A stretch of 64,000 nt of DNA from Opitutales bacterium (GTDB taxonomy: Bacteria; Verrucomicrobiota; Verrucomicrobiia; Opitutales; UBA2987): the NCBI GenBank assembly GCA_965226885.1, contig CBDDEL010000016.1, positions 64,001 to 128,000 on the forward strand. Reading direction: 5' to 3'. The stretch's first letter is position 1. Each line of letters starts with the position of its first letter. The notes under the pieces were generated by a model, which worked only from the letters and a program-made list of their open reading frames with translations, ran no database searches and was not told where the DNA came from. A program made the translations under genes and the position numbers. Shown piece after piece: positions 29,948-40,867 of the stretch.

Positions 29948-32743
29948 ATGGAAGACCCGCTATTCAAACGTCTGAGACTGCATGCGAAGAAAAAGCTGTG
30001 CTTTACGCCCGGCAGCGACCTCGCACTCATTTTGAGCGACTGCCAAGACTACCTGCGCCTGGAAAACCAGATGATCCTGCGCTACCACCGCAAAGGAGAC
30101 AGCGGCAGGCGGGTCGCTTTTGCCCGGGCCTGCATGATCGATGTGCTCATCGAGAATCTTTTCAACCATGTTTTGAAAACCTGCCAAGGACAAACGGAAT
30201 CTGCCTGCGAAGCGATTTCTGTGGTCGCTATAGGCGGTTACGGACGGGCCGAGCTTTGCCCCTTCAGCGATATCGATTTGATGTTCCTGCATGCCGACGA
30301 CCAATCCGAGGAGCGTTTTGAGCCTATCCAAAAAGCCCTTTCCGAAACCCTCCTCTATGTGCTCTGGGACCTCGGCCTCAACCTGGGCCATTCCATCCGC
30401 ACGATCGATGAATCGATGGAAGAGGCAAAAAGCAGCATCAAGTCGAAAAACGCCATGCTCGAATCCAGGCTGGTTACCGGCTCGAAGGAGCTTTTTGCGA
30501 CCTTTCAAAAAAAATACCAGGATTTCTGCGCCGGGGATGAACCGGACAAGTATTTCGATGACCGCATCAAAGACCAGAAGGCGCGCCGCAAGAGTCAAGG
30601 TGACACCGTTTTTCTACAGGAACCCAATATTAAAAACGGGGTGGGCGGATTGCGCGATTTCCAGAATGTCCTCTGGATGGGCAGCATAAAACTGGGAGCG
30701 GGAAATCTGGAAGTTCTGGAAAAGAACCATTACCTGAGAAAAAATGATCTACGGGACTTCGAGCAAGCTTACGATTTTCTCCTGCGGGTGCGTCATGAAA
30801 TTCATTTTCAAAGCAAGAGGCGGGGCGATATCCTCAGCCTGGAAAGACAGCCCACGGTAGCCCTCAAGCTCGGTTATCGAGATAAAAATATTTTTCGGCG
30901 GGTCGAATCCTTCATGCGGGACTACTATAGCGCCACCCGCAAAATTCAACAAATCTCCGTTATCCTGGAACAACTTCTGACGCGGTCGAATGTCAAACCG
31001 GGCGAAAAGAAACCCCCAAAACGGGCTGTGGAAAAAGGCTACCCGGTGGATGGTTTTCTTTTGCATGAAGGGTTCATGTCTTTCCAGAACGAAATGGTAT
31101 TTTCCGAAGATGCCGAGAGGCTGGTGCGGGTTTTCCGGCACAGCCAACAATTTCAAGTCGATCTCGATTTCGACTTGCGAAACCTCGTTACCGAATCGCT
31201 CCCTTTATTAACGGGGAAAGTCATCCACTCGCCAAGCGCCAATCGCAGCTTCCGCTCTCTTTTACTGACTCCGGGAGAGGCCTTTAAACCGCTCAGCCTG
31301 ATGCACGAGCTCGGAGTATTGGGCCGCTTTGTGCCGGAATTCGACGCCCTCAACTGCCTTGTGCAGCACGAGTATTACCATCGCTACACGGCCGATATTC
31401 ATACCCTGGAAACGATCCACCATCTTGACCGGATTATTGACGGGCAATCTCATTATACTAATAAATATCATCGGGAGATCCACCAATTACAGACACCCGG
31501 CCTTCTTTATATCATCTTGCTGCTGCACGATATCGGCAAAGGGATCGGCATCGAAGGTCATGCCGTTCAAGGCGCCAAGCTGGCTGCTGGCGTCATCGAC
31601 CGGCTGCAATTAAGCAAGAGGCAAAAGGAGCAAGCCCTCTTCATAATCGAAAATCACCTCGAAATGTCCCGTTTCTGGCGAAAGCACGACGTGGACGATC
31701 CGGCCGCGGCCGAACAATTTGCCGAAATAATCGGAGACCGGGAAACCCTGCGTTTGCTCTATGTGCATACCTACTGCGACACGCGGGGAACGGCCGAGCA
31801 AATGTGGAACGGCTTCAAGGACATGCTCCACACAACCCTTTTCGATAACACCCTGGCCGTGTTGGGCGAGGCGCCCGAAGTTCTCCGGCCAGCCGAACCG
31901 ACTTTGCAATCGCTGGCAAATCTGATTCCGGAAATCCCCCTTGAAGAGGTCGAGGCCCACTGCCGGAACCTCCCGGAACGTTATTTTTCAAGTAACGATA
32001 TTGAGGAAGCCGCTTTGCATGTACGCATGGTCCACCAACTATTGAGCCATTTTTCTCAAGCAGATGCTCTGGAATCTCTCAAACCCGTTATTGATTGGCG
32101 GGACGACCTCAACCTCAGCATAACGGCTGTGCAAATCGTGACCTGGGATCGACCGGGACTTTTTTACAAACTGGCCGGCGCATTCAGTCTGGCCGGATTG
32201 AACATTATGAGCAGCAAGGCCTTTTCGCGCGACGATAATATTACGATCGACACCTTTTATGTTTGCGAACCAGGCGGAGGAGCGGTTCAGAGTAAAAAGG
32301 CGAGAGAAATTTTTACCAACGGTCTCCATGACACGCTCCTGCACAACCGCAACCTCCTGCCGCAAATCCTCAAAAATGCCAAAAAGCTGAGCCCCCCCTC
32401 CTACTTGCGCAAAAATACCGCACTACAGGTGGAAATCCATGCCTCGGTTGATGTTCATCACGACAAACAGTTGGGCAGGACTTTTGTTGAAGTGACGGCC
32501 AGGGACCGCATAGGTCTTCTTTACCGAGTCGCCGGGACCATCAGCAGTCACGGATTCGATATAGTCTTCGCTCGGATACTAACGGAGCGGGGAGTTGCCG
32601 TGGATACCTTTACCATCGACGGAGCGGATAGCGTTTCGGAATCCGACGCAAAACTATTGCGAGATCTTCAACAGAACCTGGAAACCTTTATTTCTTCAAA
32701 AGATCATCCGCTTGTGGCGGATAGGAGGAAAGGCAAAAGATGA
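29948..32743 (+). CDS. glnD: [Protein-PII] uridylyltransferase/uridylyl-removing enzyme
   Basis: AIGGYGRAELCPFSDIDL, EPNIKNGVGGLRD, HRYTADIH, LLHDIGKG, two ACT domains (DRPGLF, DRIGLL). Confidence 0.96.
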   Translation: MEDPLFKRLRLHAKKKLCFTPGSDLALILSDCQDYLRLENQMILRYHRKGDSGRRVAFARACMIDVLIENLFNHVLKTCQGQTESACEAISVVAIGGYGRAELCPFSDIDLMFLHADDQSEERFEPIQKALSETLLYVLWDLGLNLGHSIRTIDESMEEAKSSIKSKNAMLESRLVTGSKELFATFQKKYQDFCAGDEPDKYFDDRIKDQKARRKSQGDTVFLQEPNIKNGVGGLRDFQNVLWMGSIKLGAGNLEVLEKNHYLRKNDLRDFEQAYDFLLRVRHEIHFQSKRRGDILSLERQPTVALKLGYRDKNIFRRVESFMRDYYSATRKIQQISVILEQLLTRSNVKPGEKKPPKRAVEKGYPVDGFLLHEGFMSFQNEMVFSEDAERLVRVFRHSQQFQVDLDFDLRNLVTESLPLLTGKVIHSPSANRSFRSLLLTPGEAFKPLSLMHELGVLGRFVPEFDALNCLVQHEYYHRYTADIHTLETIHHLDRIIDGQSHYTNKYHREIHQLQTPGLLYIILLLHDIGKGIGIEGHAVQGAKLAAGVIDRLQLSKRQKEQALFIIENHLEMSRFWRKHDVDDPAAAEQFAEIIGDRETLRLLYVHTYCDTRGTAEQMWNGFKDMLHTTLFDNTLAVLGEAPEVLRPAEPTLQSLANLIPEIPLEEVEAHCRNLPERYFSSNDIEEAALHVRMVHQLLSHFSQADALESLKPVIDWRDDLNLSITAVQIVTWDRPGLFYKLAGAFSLAGLNIMSSKAFSRDDNITIDTFYVCEPGGGAVQSKKAREIFTNGLHDTLLHNRNLLPQILKNAKKLSPPSYLRKNTALQVEIHASVDVHHDKQLGRTFVEVTARDRIGLLYRVAGTISSHGFDIVFARILTERGVAVDTFTIDGADSVSESDAKLLRDLQQNLETFISSKDHPLVADRRKGKR

Positions 32744-35700
32744 AGGGGAACGTGAGAGACACGGACCTCATTAATACCCTTTATGAAATCAGCACGCTGG
32801 CCACACGGAAATATGATACGACTGAGGCAACCAATGCCGTATTAGAAATCATCACTAGATACTTTAGCGCAGACGCGGCCTATGTGGCCTTGGTCAATCC
32901 CGATACGGGCATGCTGGAAATCGAGACCATGGCCGGGCTCTGGAAAAACGAAGGAATTCCCGCTCCAAACCTGAAAAATGGGATAGCCCACTGGGAGGGG
33001 TTGCAGGGAAAACCCATGGCCATCCCGGATTTTACCAAAACTTCTCGATTTTTACCCTCCGCACTGGCCATCGAATCGGAAATGGCCGCCCCCCTGATGG
33101 AAATGGATTCAGTCGTTGGGGTAATTCATTTAAGCTGGTCGAAAACAGATCCAGGAGCGGTCGAAAACATCGAAAACCTGGCTAGACTTACGCTGGAAGC
33201 CGGGCGGGTTCTGGGCGGGCTCTGGCTGATTGAAAGATTGAAAAACAAAGCCCGTCAACTAGCCCGGATATTTCATGAAGGGTAAAGTTTGGCTCGTTAT
33301 TGCTATTGGAGATGGATTTCTTTGTATTTTGAGCAGATCGTCTTGATTTTTAGGTGTTTTTCAGGGTGTAGAGACACTGCCCCCTTTCCCCCATTGGTTC
33401 GGTAGTGCCGGGGGCAGCACCAATGCACCCTTTAGGTTGGCACCAATCGGCGGGCCGCATGGTTGAAAAGACTGGCCCAAGGATAACTCTCACTTAGGTG
33501 AAAGTGAATCGTTCGGGTGTTGCGCACGATGACCGCTCCGATCTTGATTAATTTGAGCCGCAGGGTGTGGCATTGGGCCCGCGCCCACTTCGTCCCTTTT
33601 AAGGCTAACCGGCGCATGGCTTCCATCAAGGTGTAGGCCAGCGCCGACAAGAGCAATCGCCACTGATTGGCCCACCATTGATGGGCGCTGGTGCGCTCGC
33701 TGAACAATTGCATCTGTTCCTTGATTCGGTTCTCCATTTCACCGCGGCCACAGTATACCTTGTCGTAAAGCTCCTGGGGATCGCCCGGCAGGTTCGTCAC
33801 CACGAAGCGCGGGTTGGACCCCTGTGCGGTGTGTTCGGCTTTATGGATGACCAACCGCAGCCATCGCCACGAATCGGCAGCATAGACGAAGTCCTGGAAT
33901 AACCGTTGTTTTTTACCCCTTAGTTCGAACCATTCTTTGGCCTGCTTTTGCAACTGCTGGGCATCTTGCTGCAAGCGTGCATTGCGAGCCATCCCCACGA
34001 TGTAACTAACTTCGTTGCGGTCGCACCAAGAGAGTATCCGGTCTCGACAAAATCCACTGTCGGCGCGCCAAATAATCCGCGTACGGGGCCAGCTTTGGCG
34101 CATCCGTTTAACCAGCAATTTGAGGATGGCCCCGGCATGCTTGCTGGCATCGATCTTGCTCGGCCGCAGGTAGGCCACCAGCAGCTGATCACCGCAAAAA
34201 ACATATAGCGGCAGAAAACAGTAATGATCATAATAACCGTGGAAAAAACGTCCCTCCTGGAGCCCGTGCACCGGATTGTCGGTGGCGTCAAAGTCCAGGA
34301 TGATCTCTTCGGGTTCCTCGGCAAAGGAGCCCATGAACTGTTCGACCAACAGCACGTTTACCGCAAAGGCCGCCCGCCGATCCTGCCCGTTTTCAAAACG
34401 ACACAAAGTCGGCGCGCTGGCCAACGTTTCAATGCGCCCCGTTACCGTTTGCAACAATGGATCGTGGCGCAGGGTATCAAAGTCGTTCAAATCCTCATAG
34501 CCCGCCACCAGCCCGTAAACGCGCTGCCGCAGCATCCCCAATACCTCATGGCGTACTTTGCCCTTCTGCCGTTTGTCCACTAACTGTCGGGCCGCTCGTT
34601 CGGTCAAGCCCAACTGCCGATCCACTTCCCGGATCAAAAGCAGTCCGGCATCCGAAGTAACCTCTCCGCCCTTGAAATCAACCCGCACACGGCGGCCTTT
34701 TACCCTTGTCAACTGTAGCTTTAATTGTTTACCTTTTGTCATCGCTGATATTGCTTTAATTATTGATCTATCCTGCTGTATATCAGCAGTTAAGCATATC
34801 AACGATACTTTTTTTACGAAATATCCGGGCTAGGCTCGCTCCTGGCCACTGAGCGCAACCTGGTTTCCCGGCACGGCCTGCGCGAAGTCCTCGAGACGAT
34901 TCCGGGGGAAGTCCTCAAAATCATGAATTGCCAGGTATGTGCACTATTTCTCCTCAATGCGGACGGCAATAGTCTCACCCTTGAAGTGGCCGCGGGCACG
35001 CCGCGGCTGCATGAATTTGAAGAGAAATTGAACCTCGTGGACAGCGCTCTGGGGTCGGCCATACTCTATCGCAAGCAGGTCGAGGTGGCCGACTTGCGCA
35101 AAACCGAGGAACATCATTTTGTGCCCGTTGTGCAAGCAGAAGGTCTTATCTCCATGCTGGCCACGCCCATTGTCTATGAAGATGAGGTGATCGGAACGCT
35201 CAACGCATACACCGGCAATAGACACCGATTCGACAATGAAGAAAAAAGCCTCTTTGCGGCCTTCGCGGGGTTAAGTGCGGTAGCCATTCAAAATGCCCGG
35301 CTCTATGAAAAGGTGGTAGTCGCAGAGGAAGTATTGCGCCGCAGCGAACGCCTGGGGGCGCTCGGCCTTCTAACCTCGGAAATCGCCCACGAAATCCGCA
35401 ATCCGCTAACCGTCATAAAATTGCTTTTTGAATCCCTAGAACTTAATTTTCCATCCGGTGATCTACGGCAAAAAGATGCCGCCATTATCAGAGAAAAGCT
35501 CAACCAACTCGATGTTATTGTGCATCGGGTACTGGACTATGGCCAAATGGGGGATCCCGAGCACCAGCCGTTAAACTTGGACCCGCTCATCCGCGACACC
35601 CTGGCGCTGGTCCGCCTCAAATTATCGCAGAAAAACATTCGCCTCGAATACGAATCGAATCCGAAATCGGAACCCATAGTGGTGAACGGAAACAAGGGCC

Positions 35701-36023
35701 AATTGCAGCAAATTTTTCTCAATCTGCTCCTCAACGCCTTTGCCGCGGTGCCTGAAGGGGGAAACATTAAAATCTCATTGGCCCGCTATCGGGAAGTCGA
35801 TAACTGCGCCGTGCTGGAGTTTGCCGACAGCGGAACCGGCATTCCCGAGGAAATGCAAAAAAATATTTTCGATTCTTTTTTTTCCGGCCGCAAAGAAGGA
35901 ACCGGCCTCGGCCTGGCTATTGTCAAAGGCATGGTGCAGAGCCATCAGGGCCAAATCGAAATCGTCCATAGTTCACCTTCGGGAACCACTTTCAGACTCA
36001 AACTGCCCTTGGCGGAAACCTAG
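32740..36023 (+). pseudogene. GAF-GAF sensor histidine kinase interrupted by IS1380
   Basis: ATGA-coupled to glnD. The halves rejoin in frame after IS removal (KARQLGSLLATERN...). H-box IAHEIRNPL, N-box QIFLNLLLNA, DSGTGI, GTGLGL. Confidence 0.92.
33263..34829 (-). mobile_element. IS1380-family element, 1567 bp, TSD CTAG; intact transposase 33432-34742
   Basis: CCCGGATATTTC IRs; CTAG at 33259-33262 and 34830-34833; SDAGLLL, LDFDATD, RADSGF and RGEMENRIKE motifs. Confidence 0.96.
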
Positions 36024-36067
36024 TCCGATTTTCGGCGGGTCACTTCGAATAAATACATAACCATCAC

Positions 36068-37798
36068 CTACTCATCGGCCAGGCTCAGGTGGTAGGCATC
36101 CGACAATTCCTCCACATGTCGGATTTGCTCAATGTTTTCCATGAAACTTTCCCCGAATTGAAAAAAACTGAAGTCGATCACCTTGCACTGCAATCCCGCC
36201 CTCCGCATCAACCGCACCGTCTCTCGGCGGCTCAGGACGGAGATTTGCATGAGGTAGGCGACGCCGCCGTCTTCCAGCAAACCGGGCAGCAAATTGATCA
36301 AGTGGTCAAAAATATTACGCCCCCAGAAATCGGCCGGGCGCAGGCAGGATTCCCCTTTGTGGGGATCGACCGGAGTCTGATAGAGGCTGGCCACCACAAT
36401 GTCGTATTTTTCCTCCGGCATGGCCGTATAGAGGTCGATGGTCTCGCCGCTGACCCGGTCGGAAACCCCATTGCGAAAGGCATTGGCCAAGGTGTTTTCG
36501 ACCGCTTTGGACTGGATGTCGATGGCATGAACCTGCAAGGCCTCGTTCAGGGCCAACTGCACGGTCAGGATTCCGGTGCCGCAACCGACGTCCAGGCAGC
36601 GTTTGCCTTTTCCGATGCCTGAGCGGAACAAGTGCTTCCAGATTAAAAAACTTCCCTGGGTCGGCTGGAAAACTTCGGGGTCGCAAACAATCTGCGGAAA
36701 TGAAAGGGGGAAAAGGGAGCGGCCCAACTCGTCTCTCCACATTTCGTTTTTCTCCTCATCGGCCAGGCGCTCAATTTCCTCCAGCGTTTGCTCGGGTGCG
36801 GATCTTACGGCAATGGGCTCCTGAGAACTAAGTTTTTCCCTGGCGGCGGCTATTTGCTTGGGGCTGACTCCTAAACCGCCTCCTATTATGCCGGCCCCCT
36901 CCCCTCTCCAACGCATGGCCATGTCTGCATAATCATCGGGACTGACGAAATCATCGAAGCTCCAGCCTGGATCGCGGAATAGGCCCAGGATGGGGAAAAC
37001 GCCTAGGGGTAAATCGGTAAAATCCCTCAACCAGGGAATCATGCCCTCAACATGAGAGGCTGGGATGCCGCTCAGCAGAAGCGCCCGCACGCCCATGCTC
37101 TCAAACCTCTGGGCGGCCCGCCCAAAGAGGTCTCCCTCCGGCCCACCCCAGTGCTGCCCATAGACACCGCATACACCGCGGCGACAGCGGCGGAAGGAAA
37201 GCCAGACCGGAATTTCCGTTTTTATCATACTCTCAACTGCGGGCAAGGTCAGCCCCTCCCGCATCAGGGACATCGAATCCATCAAGATAATGTCCGGCGG
37301 TTCCTGCTTAAAAATGCGGCCAAGCAGACGAAGCCGTTCCAGCCGTTCTTCCGTATCGATATCGCCATTGAGACTATAAGCCCCGGCGCAGCGATCTCTT
37401 CGCCCGCCGCCCGATTCCTCAATGGTCTGCCGGGCCAACCGAATACCCAGACGAGCGACATCCATCCAATGTGGCGCTTCTTCCCTGCCCGCAATTTGCA
37501 GGGCATGGTATTCGGGGTCATCCATAAGCAGCCCCCATGTGGCGGTCGAAATCACATCGCATCCCGCATCCAGATACCCGCGATGCGCTTCCAGAACTGA
37601 GCCAGGCGCTTTGTAAAGGGCCATACTCCCCCATAAACCGCTGTCGCCCACCTCATAGCCGTTAATGTCCAGGCGTCCAAGCTCGGTGGCCATGCCGCCG
37701 TCCATAAAAACACATTCCTGCCGGTCAAGTTTGTCCTGCAAATACCCGCCAGCGGCCGATTCCCGGGGAAATGCTTTTTCCACTCGCTGCTTACTCAC
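36068..37798 (-). CDS. Fusion of a homocysteine S-methyltransferase-like TIM barrel and a class I (PrmC/MTS-like) methyltransferase; probably truncated by a premature TAG (natural end 36020)
   Basis: FMDGGMATEL, HRGYLDAGCDVIST, LPLGVFP; C-terminal VFQPTQGS and CLDVGCGTG. Confidence 0.85.
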   Translation of the reverse strand: MSKQRVEKAFPRESAAGGYLQDKLDRQECVFMDGGMATELGRLDINGYEVGDSGLWGSMALYKAPGSVLEAHRGYLDAGCDVISTATWGLLMDDPEYHALQIAGREEAPHWMDVARLGIRLARQTIEESGGGRRDRCAGAYSLNGDIDTEERLERLRLLGRIFKQEPPDIILMDSMSLMREGLTLPAVESMIKTEIPVWLSFRRCRRGVCGVYGQHWGGPEGDLFGRAAQRFESMGVRALLLSGIPASHVEGMIPWLRDFTDLPLGVFPILGLFRDPGWSFDDFVSPDDYADMAMRWRGEGAGIIGGGLGVSPKQIAAAREKLSSQEPIAVRSAPEQTLEEIERLADEEKNEMWRDELGRSLFPLSFPQIVCDPEVFQPTQGSFLIWKHLFRSGIGKGKRCLDVGCGTGILTVQLALNEALQVHAIDIQSKAVENTLANAFRNGVSDRVSGETIDLYTAMPEEKYDIVVASLYQTPVDPHKGESCLRPADFWGRNIFDHLINLLPGLLEDGGVAYLMQISVLSRRETVRLMRRAGLQCKVIDFSFFQFGESFMENIEQIRHVEELSDAYHLSLADE

Positions 37799-38225
37799 TG
37801 TCTGCCGATGGGATTATTTTTCGCCAGCCTCCCAAAACCAGCCCCGTCACAACATAGGCAACCAACCCGTCACCGGAAGTAAGGAGGGCAAGGTTGTAGC
37901 CTATCATGGAAAAACCGGAATAAGTCAGGTGGGGAAGCAAGAGAAAAACAAACCATATAAATACCGCCATTTGTAAACCTTTGAGGGCGGAGTCCACTTT
38001 GAGGGCCCGGAACAGCCAGGCCATCGCATAACAGGCCAGAATGGCCGATATAATAGCCAGAATAAAGGGATTCATTGATACCGGTTGAAAGTATTCTTCC
38101 GTTTTGCCCATCAACTCAAGCCACAAGTCATTAAAGAGCACGCTGTACCACACACACCCGATGACAAAATGCAGGACCACCAGAATCCATACGGCTAAAT
38201 GATTAATTTTATGTTTATCCATCAT
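37791..38225 (-). CDS. DUF1761-like four-TM membrane protein
   Basis: INHLAVW...IGCVWYSVLFNDLW N-terminal pattern and four hydrophobic helices. Confidence 0.75.
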   Translation of the reverse strand: MMDKHKINHLAVWILVVLHFVIGCVWYSVLFNDLWLELMGKTEEYFQPVSMNPFILAIISAILACYAMAWLFRALKVDSALKGLQMAVFIWFVFLLLPHLTYSGFSMIGYNLALLTSGDGLVAYVVTGLVLGGWRKIIPSADSE

Positions 38226-38315
38226 GTTTCCTTTTGCTAAGATTGTTTATTTTTTGGGTAACGGAAATCAGCCGGTTTCGGGGTACGTTGTGGGCGGGTT
38301 GGTCGCCCTTTCTCC

Positions 38316-38936
38316 TTACCCGGCCTGCCTGAGTTTTTTCTTCGGCAGGTTAACGAAGGTGAGCCAGGATTCGTCCAGGTCGGAACCGAGCACAAAATTG
38401 ATGAAGGGCCGGTATTTGGGCCGGTGGGGTTTTCTGATCAGAAACATGTTGGCTTCATGGGGAAGGCGGTTTCTTTTGCGCGTGTTGCAACGCATACAGG
38501 AGGTGACAATGTTTTCCCAGGTGGTTTTCCCCCCTCGTTCACGGGGAATAACATGATCCAGATTAAGCTCCTTTTGCGAATACGTCTTCCGGCAATACTG
38601 GCAGGTATAATTATCCCGCTCAAAAAGGTTTAGCCGGGTAAACTTAACCTCTTTCATGGGCAGCCGGTCGTAATGGCTGAGAAGCAGAATTTTCGGCACC
38701 CGTATTTCCCAGCGCACCGTGCGAACACAGTTCCTTCCGTTCCTCGACTGATGGTGACTGATCGAGTAATCGATCCATTCAGTGAACCGCAGGACCTGAA
38801 AATCCTCCTCTTCGGAATGGATGACCTTGGCATGGTCCTGAAATAGTATAGAGAAGGCCCGTTTGGCTCCAATAATATTGACCGCCTGCCAGAGGCGGTT
38901 AAGTACGAGAACTCGCTTGGTAAGGCACCCTTCCAT
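38316..38936 (-). CDS. HNH endonuclease (McrA-like, stand-alone family)
   Basis: VLVLNRLWQAVN, RDNYTCQYC, DHVIPRERGG, ENIVTSCMRCNTRK. Confidence 0.92.
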   Translation of the reverse strand: MEGCLTKRVLVLNRLWQAVNIIGAKRAFSILFQDHAKVIHSEEEDFQVLRFTEWIDYSISHHQSRNGRNCVRTVRWEIRVPKILLLSHYDRLPMKEVKFTRLNLFERDNYTCQYCRKTYSQKELNLDHVIPRERGGKTTWENIVTSCMRCNTRKRNRLPHEANMFLIRKPHRPKYRPFINFVLGSDLDESWLTFVNLPKKKLRQAG

Positions 38937-39000
38937 TTCGGAGGCCAACGATTAAGGACTAAGACCACCCTCGTCAACAACAACAATTGTCTCCGCCGCC

Positions 39001-40863
39001 TTAAAATTCCTCTGCCTCAAGGCAAATTTCGAGCCAGAAGCGGAAAGTCGATTCTACCTCGCCGGGTGCGCCGGCTTTAAATTCGGGAAGCTGTATTTTT
39101 TCTCCCGGTTGCAAACGGATGGATTTGATGCGGCTGATTTGCACGTAATCGAAGATCGTGAGAAATTTTCGTTCCAGGGGTTCCAGGATAAATTCATCAC
39201 CTAGCGGAATTTGATCGAGGACTTTCTCTTCGCCGGTCAAGGGATTGTAGCCCATACTTTGAAAAACGAGCAATTCCTTCTTGGGTTGCAGTCGCATTTG
39301 CAAATCCAGTTGGGCTTTGCGCAGGTAGGCCCTTTTCATGGATATGCTCTCTTCGTTATGGACAATCCAGAGGATATGGTAGGTCGCGATCATGAGGTAG
39401 TCCCGGCCTTTGTTATCGGCTATGAAATCGCGCGCCCAGGCTACTTCCCGGGCCGAAGTGTAGCGGTCGCTGTAAACATGCCGAGAGAGCGACGGAACTA
39501 CCGTTATAAAGTGAACAAGAGCCAGCGCAATAAATCCGCCGTGAAGCCACCGGCTGGCGCCTTTGTTAAAGAAAACCAGAAGCGAACAATACAACAAAGG
39601 CAGGTAAAGCGGTATCAACAGCCTGTCGGCAGTGGGTTTGTAAATGCTGCTATGGGCATAAAAAAGGAGCAGCCCGAGATATATCGCCATTGGCGCCAAA
39701 TAGACCCCCAGCACGGTTTGCAAGGCATCGGTCTGTTTTAAATTGGTTAGCTTTCTTAAAAAACTAAGCCCAAAACCGATGAGGCAAATCAATCCCAGGG
39801 TTGCCAGTAGAAGGTTGTTAGGTTGATTTATGGTATGATCGAAAAAATGCTCCATTAATCGGCTGAAGTTTTCGGTCACAAATTCACTGCCGAAGGGCCG
39901 GGTAATGCCCGCTTCACTGTCAAGCTGCCAGAATTGCGGATTAGCGGCAAAAACTTTGCCAATCCATAGATACGGCATCAGCAATATCGGACTCAGGAAA
40001 AGGGCTGGACTGGTCAGGACCCGGTTTCCTCTCCACCAGGCAAGTATGATGATGAGACCTATGGCTATCAGGTAAATAGGCGATTCGTGACGTGTGTGGG
40101 CCAGGAGAACACCGCTCAAACAGAGAATGGAAAGCGCTTCCCTGTTCGGATTTTGCAGGAGACGAATGGAAAACAGCAAGCTTGCCACCAACAGGACCAG
40201 GTTGAGCAATTCAGCCCCGCCACCGATGCTTGCCGGGGCCAGAACCGGCGTCGAAACCGCCAGCAATATGGCCGTTAGCCCACAAGCATTTCCCCCTATT
40301 TTCCGCCCCAGCATATAAAGTAAAGCCAGCAGCAAGGGCGTTAAAATTAAATTTAGCCAGAATCCGTTTGCCGGACGATAGCCGGTCACATCATGCAATA
40401 CACTGACCAAAAAAGGATACAGCAACTGGCGTTTATCGATATGGGAATCAAAGGTCTTGTAAACACCCAAAATGCTGTGCCCACGTCCCGGCACGGCGGC
40501 CTCGCGCGCGAAATGCATCTGGTGGGAAAGGCTGGCCAGAACCACTTCGTCTTCGATGACCTTAAAGCCCCGCTCGTCATGCACCTGCAAAACCATTGTG
40601 CCCAGCATAACGGCTGCCGAAGCCACCCAATTTATTTTCAGTAACAAACCAAGAAGGGAATTTGCGCGGAGTTTTCCCATCAAAATCTGGATCAGGCGTC
40701 CGCAATACCAGAGAAAGGTTACGAGCAAGGTCCAGTAAGAAAAATTTTTAACCAGATAGGCCGCAGCCTGATCGGTTACGAACCAATGCCCGATAACAAA
40801 AGAGCCTGCGCCGATAAACGCAAACAGGGCCAGACGCACCTTTGCCGACTTTATTTCCACCAT
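39001..40863 (-). CDS. Polytopic membrane protein, GT-C (ArnT/PMT-like) glycosyltransferase
   Basis: About 13 TM helices, EDE acidic loop after the early TMs, RHES motif. Confidence 0.6.
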   Translation of the reverse strand: MVEIKSAKVRLALFAFIGAGSFVIGHWFVTDQAAAYLVKNFSYWTLLVTFLWYCGRLIQILMGKLRANSLLGLLLKINWVASAAVMLGTMVLQVHDERGFKVIEDEVVLASLSHQMHFAREAAVPGRGHSILGVYKTFDSHIDKRQLLYPFLVSVLHDVTGYRPANGFWLNLILTPLLLALLYMLGRKIGGNACGLTAILLAVSTPVLAPASIGGGAELLNLVLLVASLLFSIRLLQNPNREALSILCLSGVLLAHTRHESPIYLIAIGLIIILAWWRGNRVLTSPALFLSPILLMPYLWIGKVFAANPQFWQLDSEAGITRPFGSEFVTENFSRLMEHFFDHTINQPNNLLLATLGLICLIGFGLSFLRKLTNLKQTDALQTVLGVYLAPMAIYLGLLLFYAHSSIYKPTADRLLIPLYLPLLYCSLLVFFNKGASRWLHGGFIALALVHFITVVPSLSRHVYSDRYTSAREVAWARDFIADNKGRDYLMIATYHILWIVHNEESISMKRAYLRKAQLDLQMRLQPKKELLVFQSMGYNPLTGEEKVLDQIPLGDEFILEPLERKFLTIFDYVQISRIKSIRLQPGEKIQLPEFKAGAPGEVESTFRFWLEICLEAEEF

Positions 40864-40867
40864 CTGT

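Noticed and set aside
38316..38936. HNH nuclease plus neighbouring methyltransferase as a restriction-modification or defence system
   Set aside because: The methyltransferase lacks DNA-MTase NPPY/DPPY or PC motifs, and this HNH type is a widespread stand-alone family.
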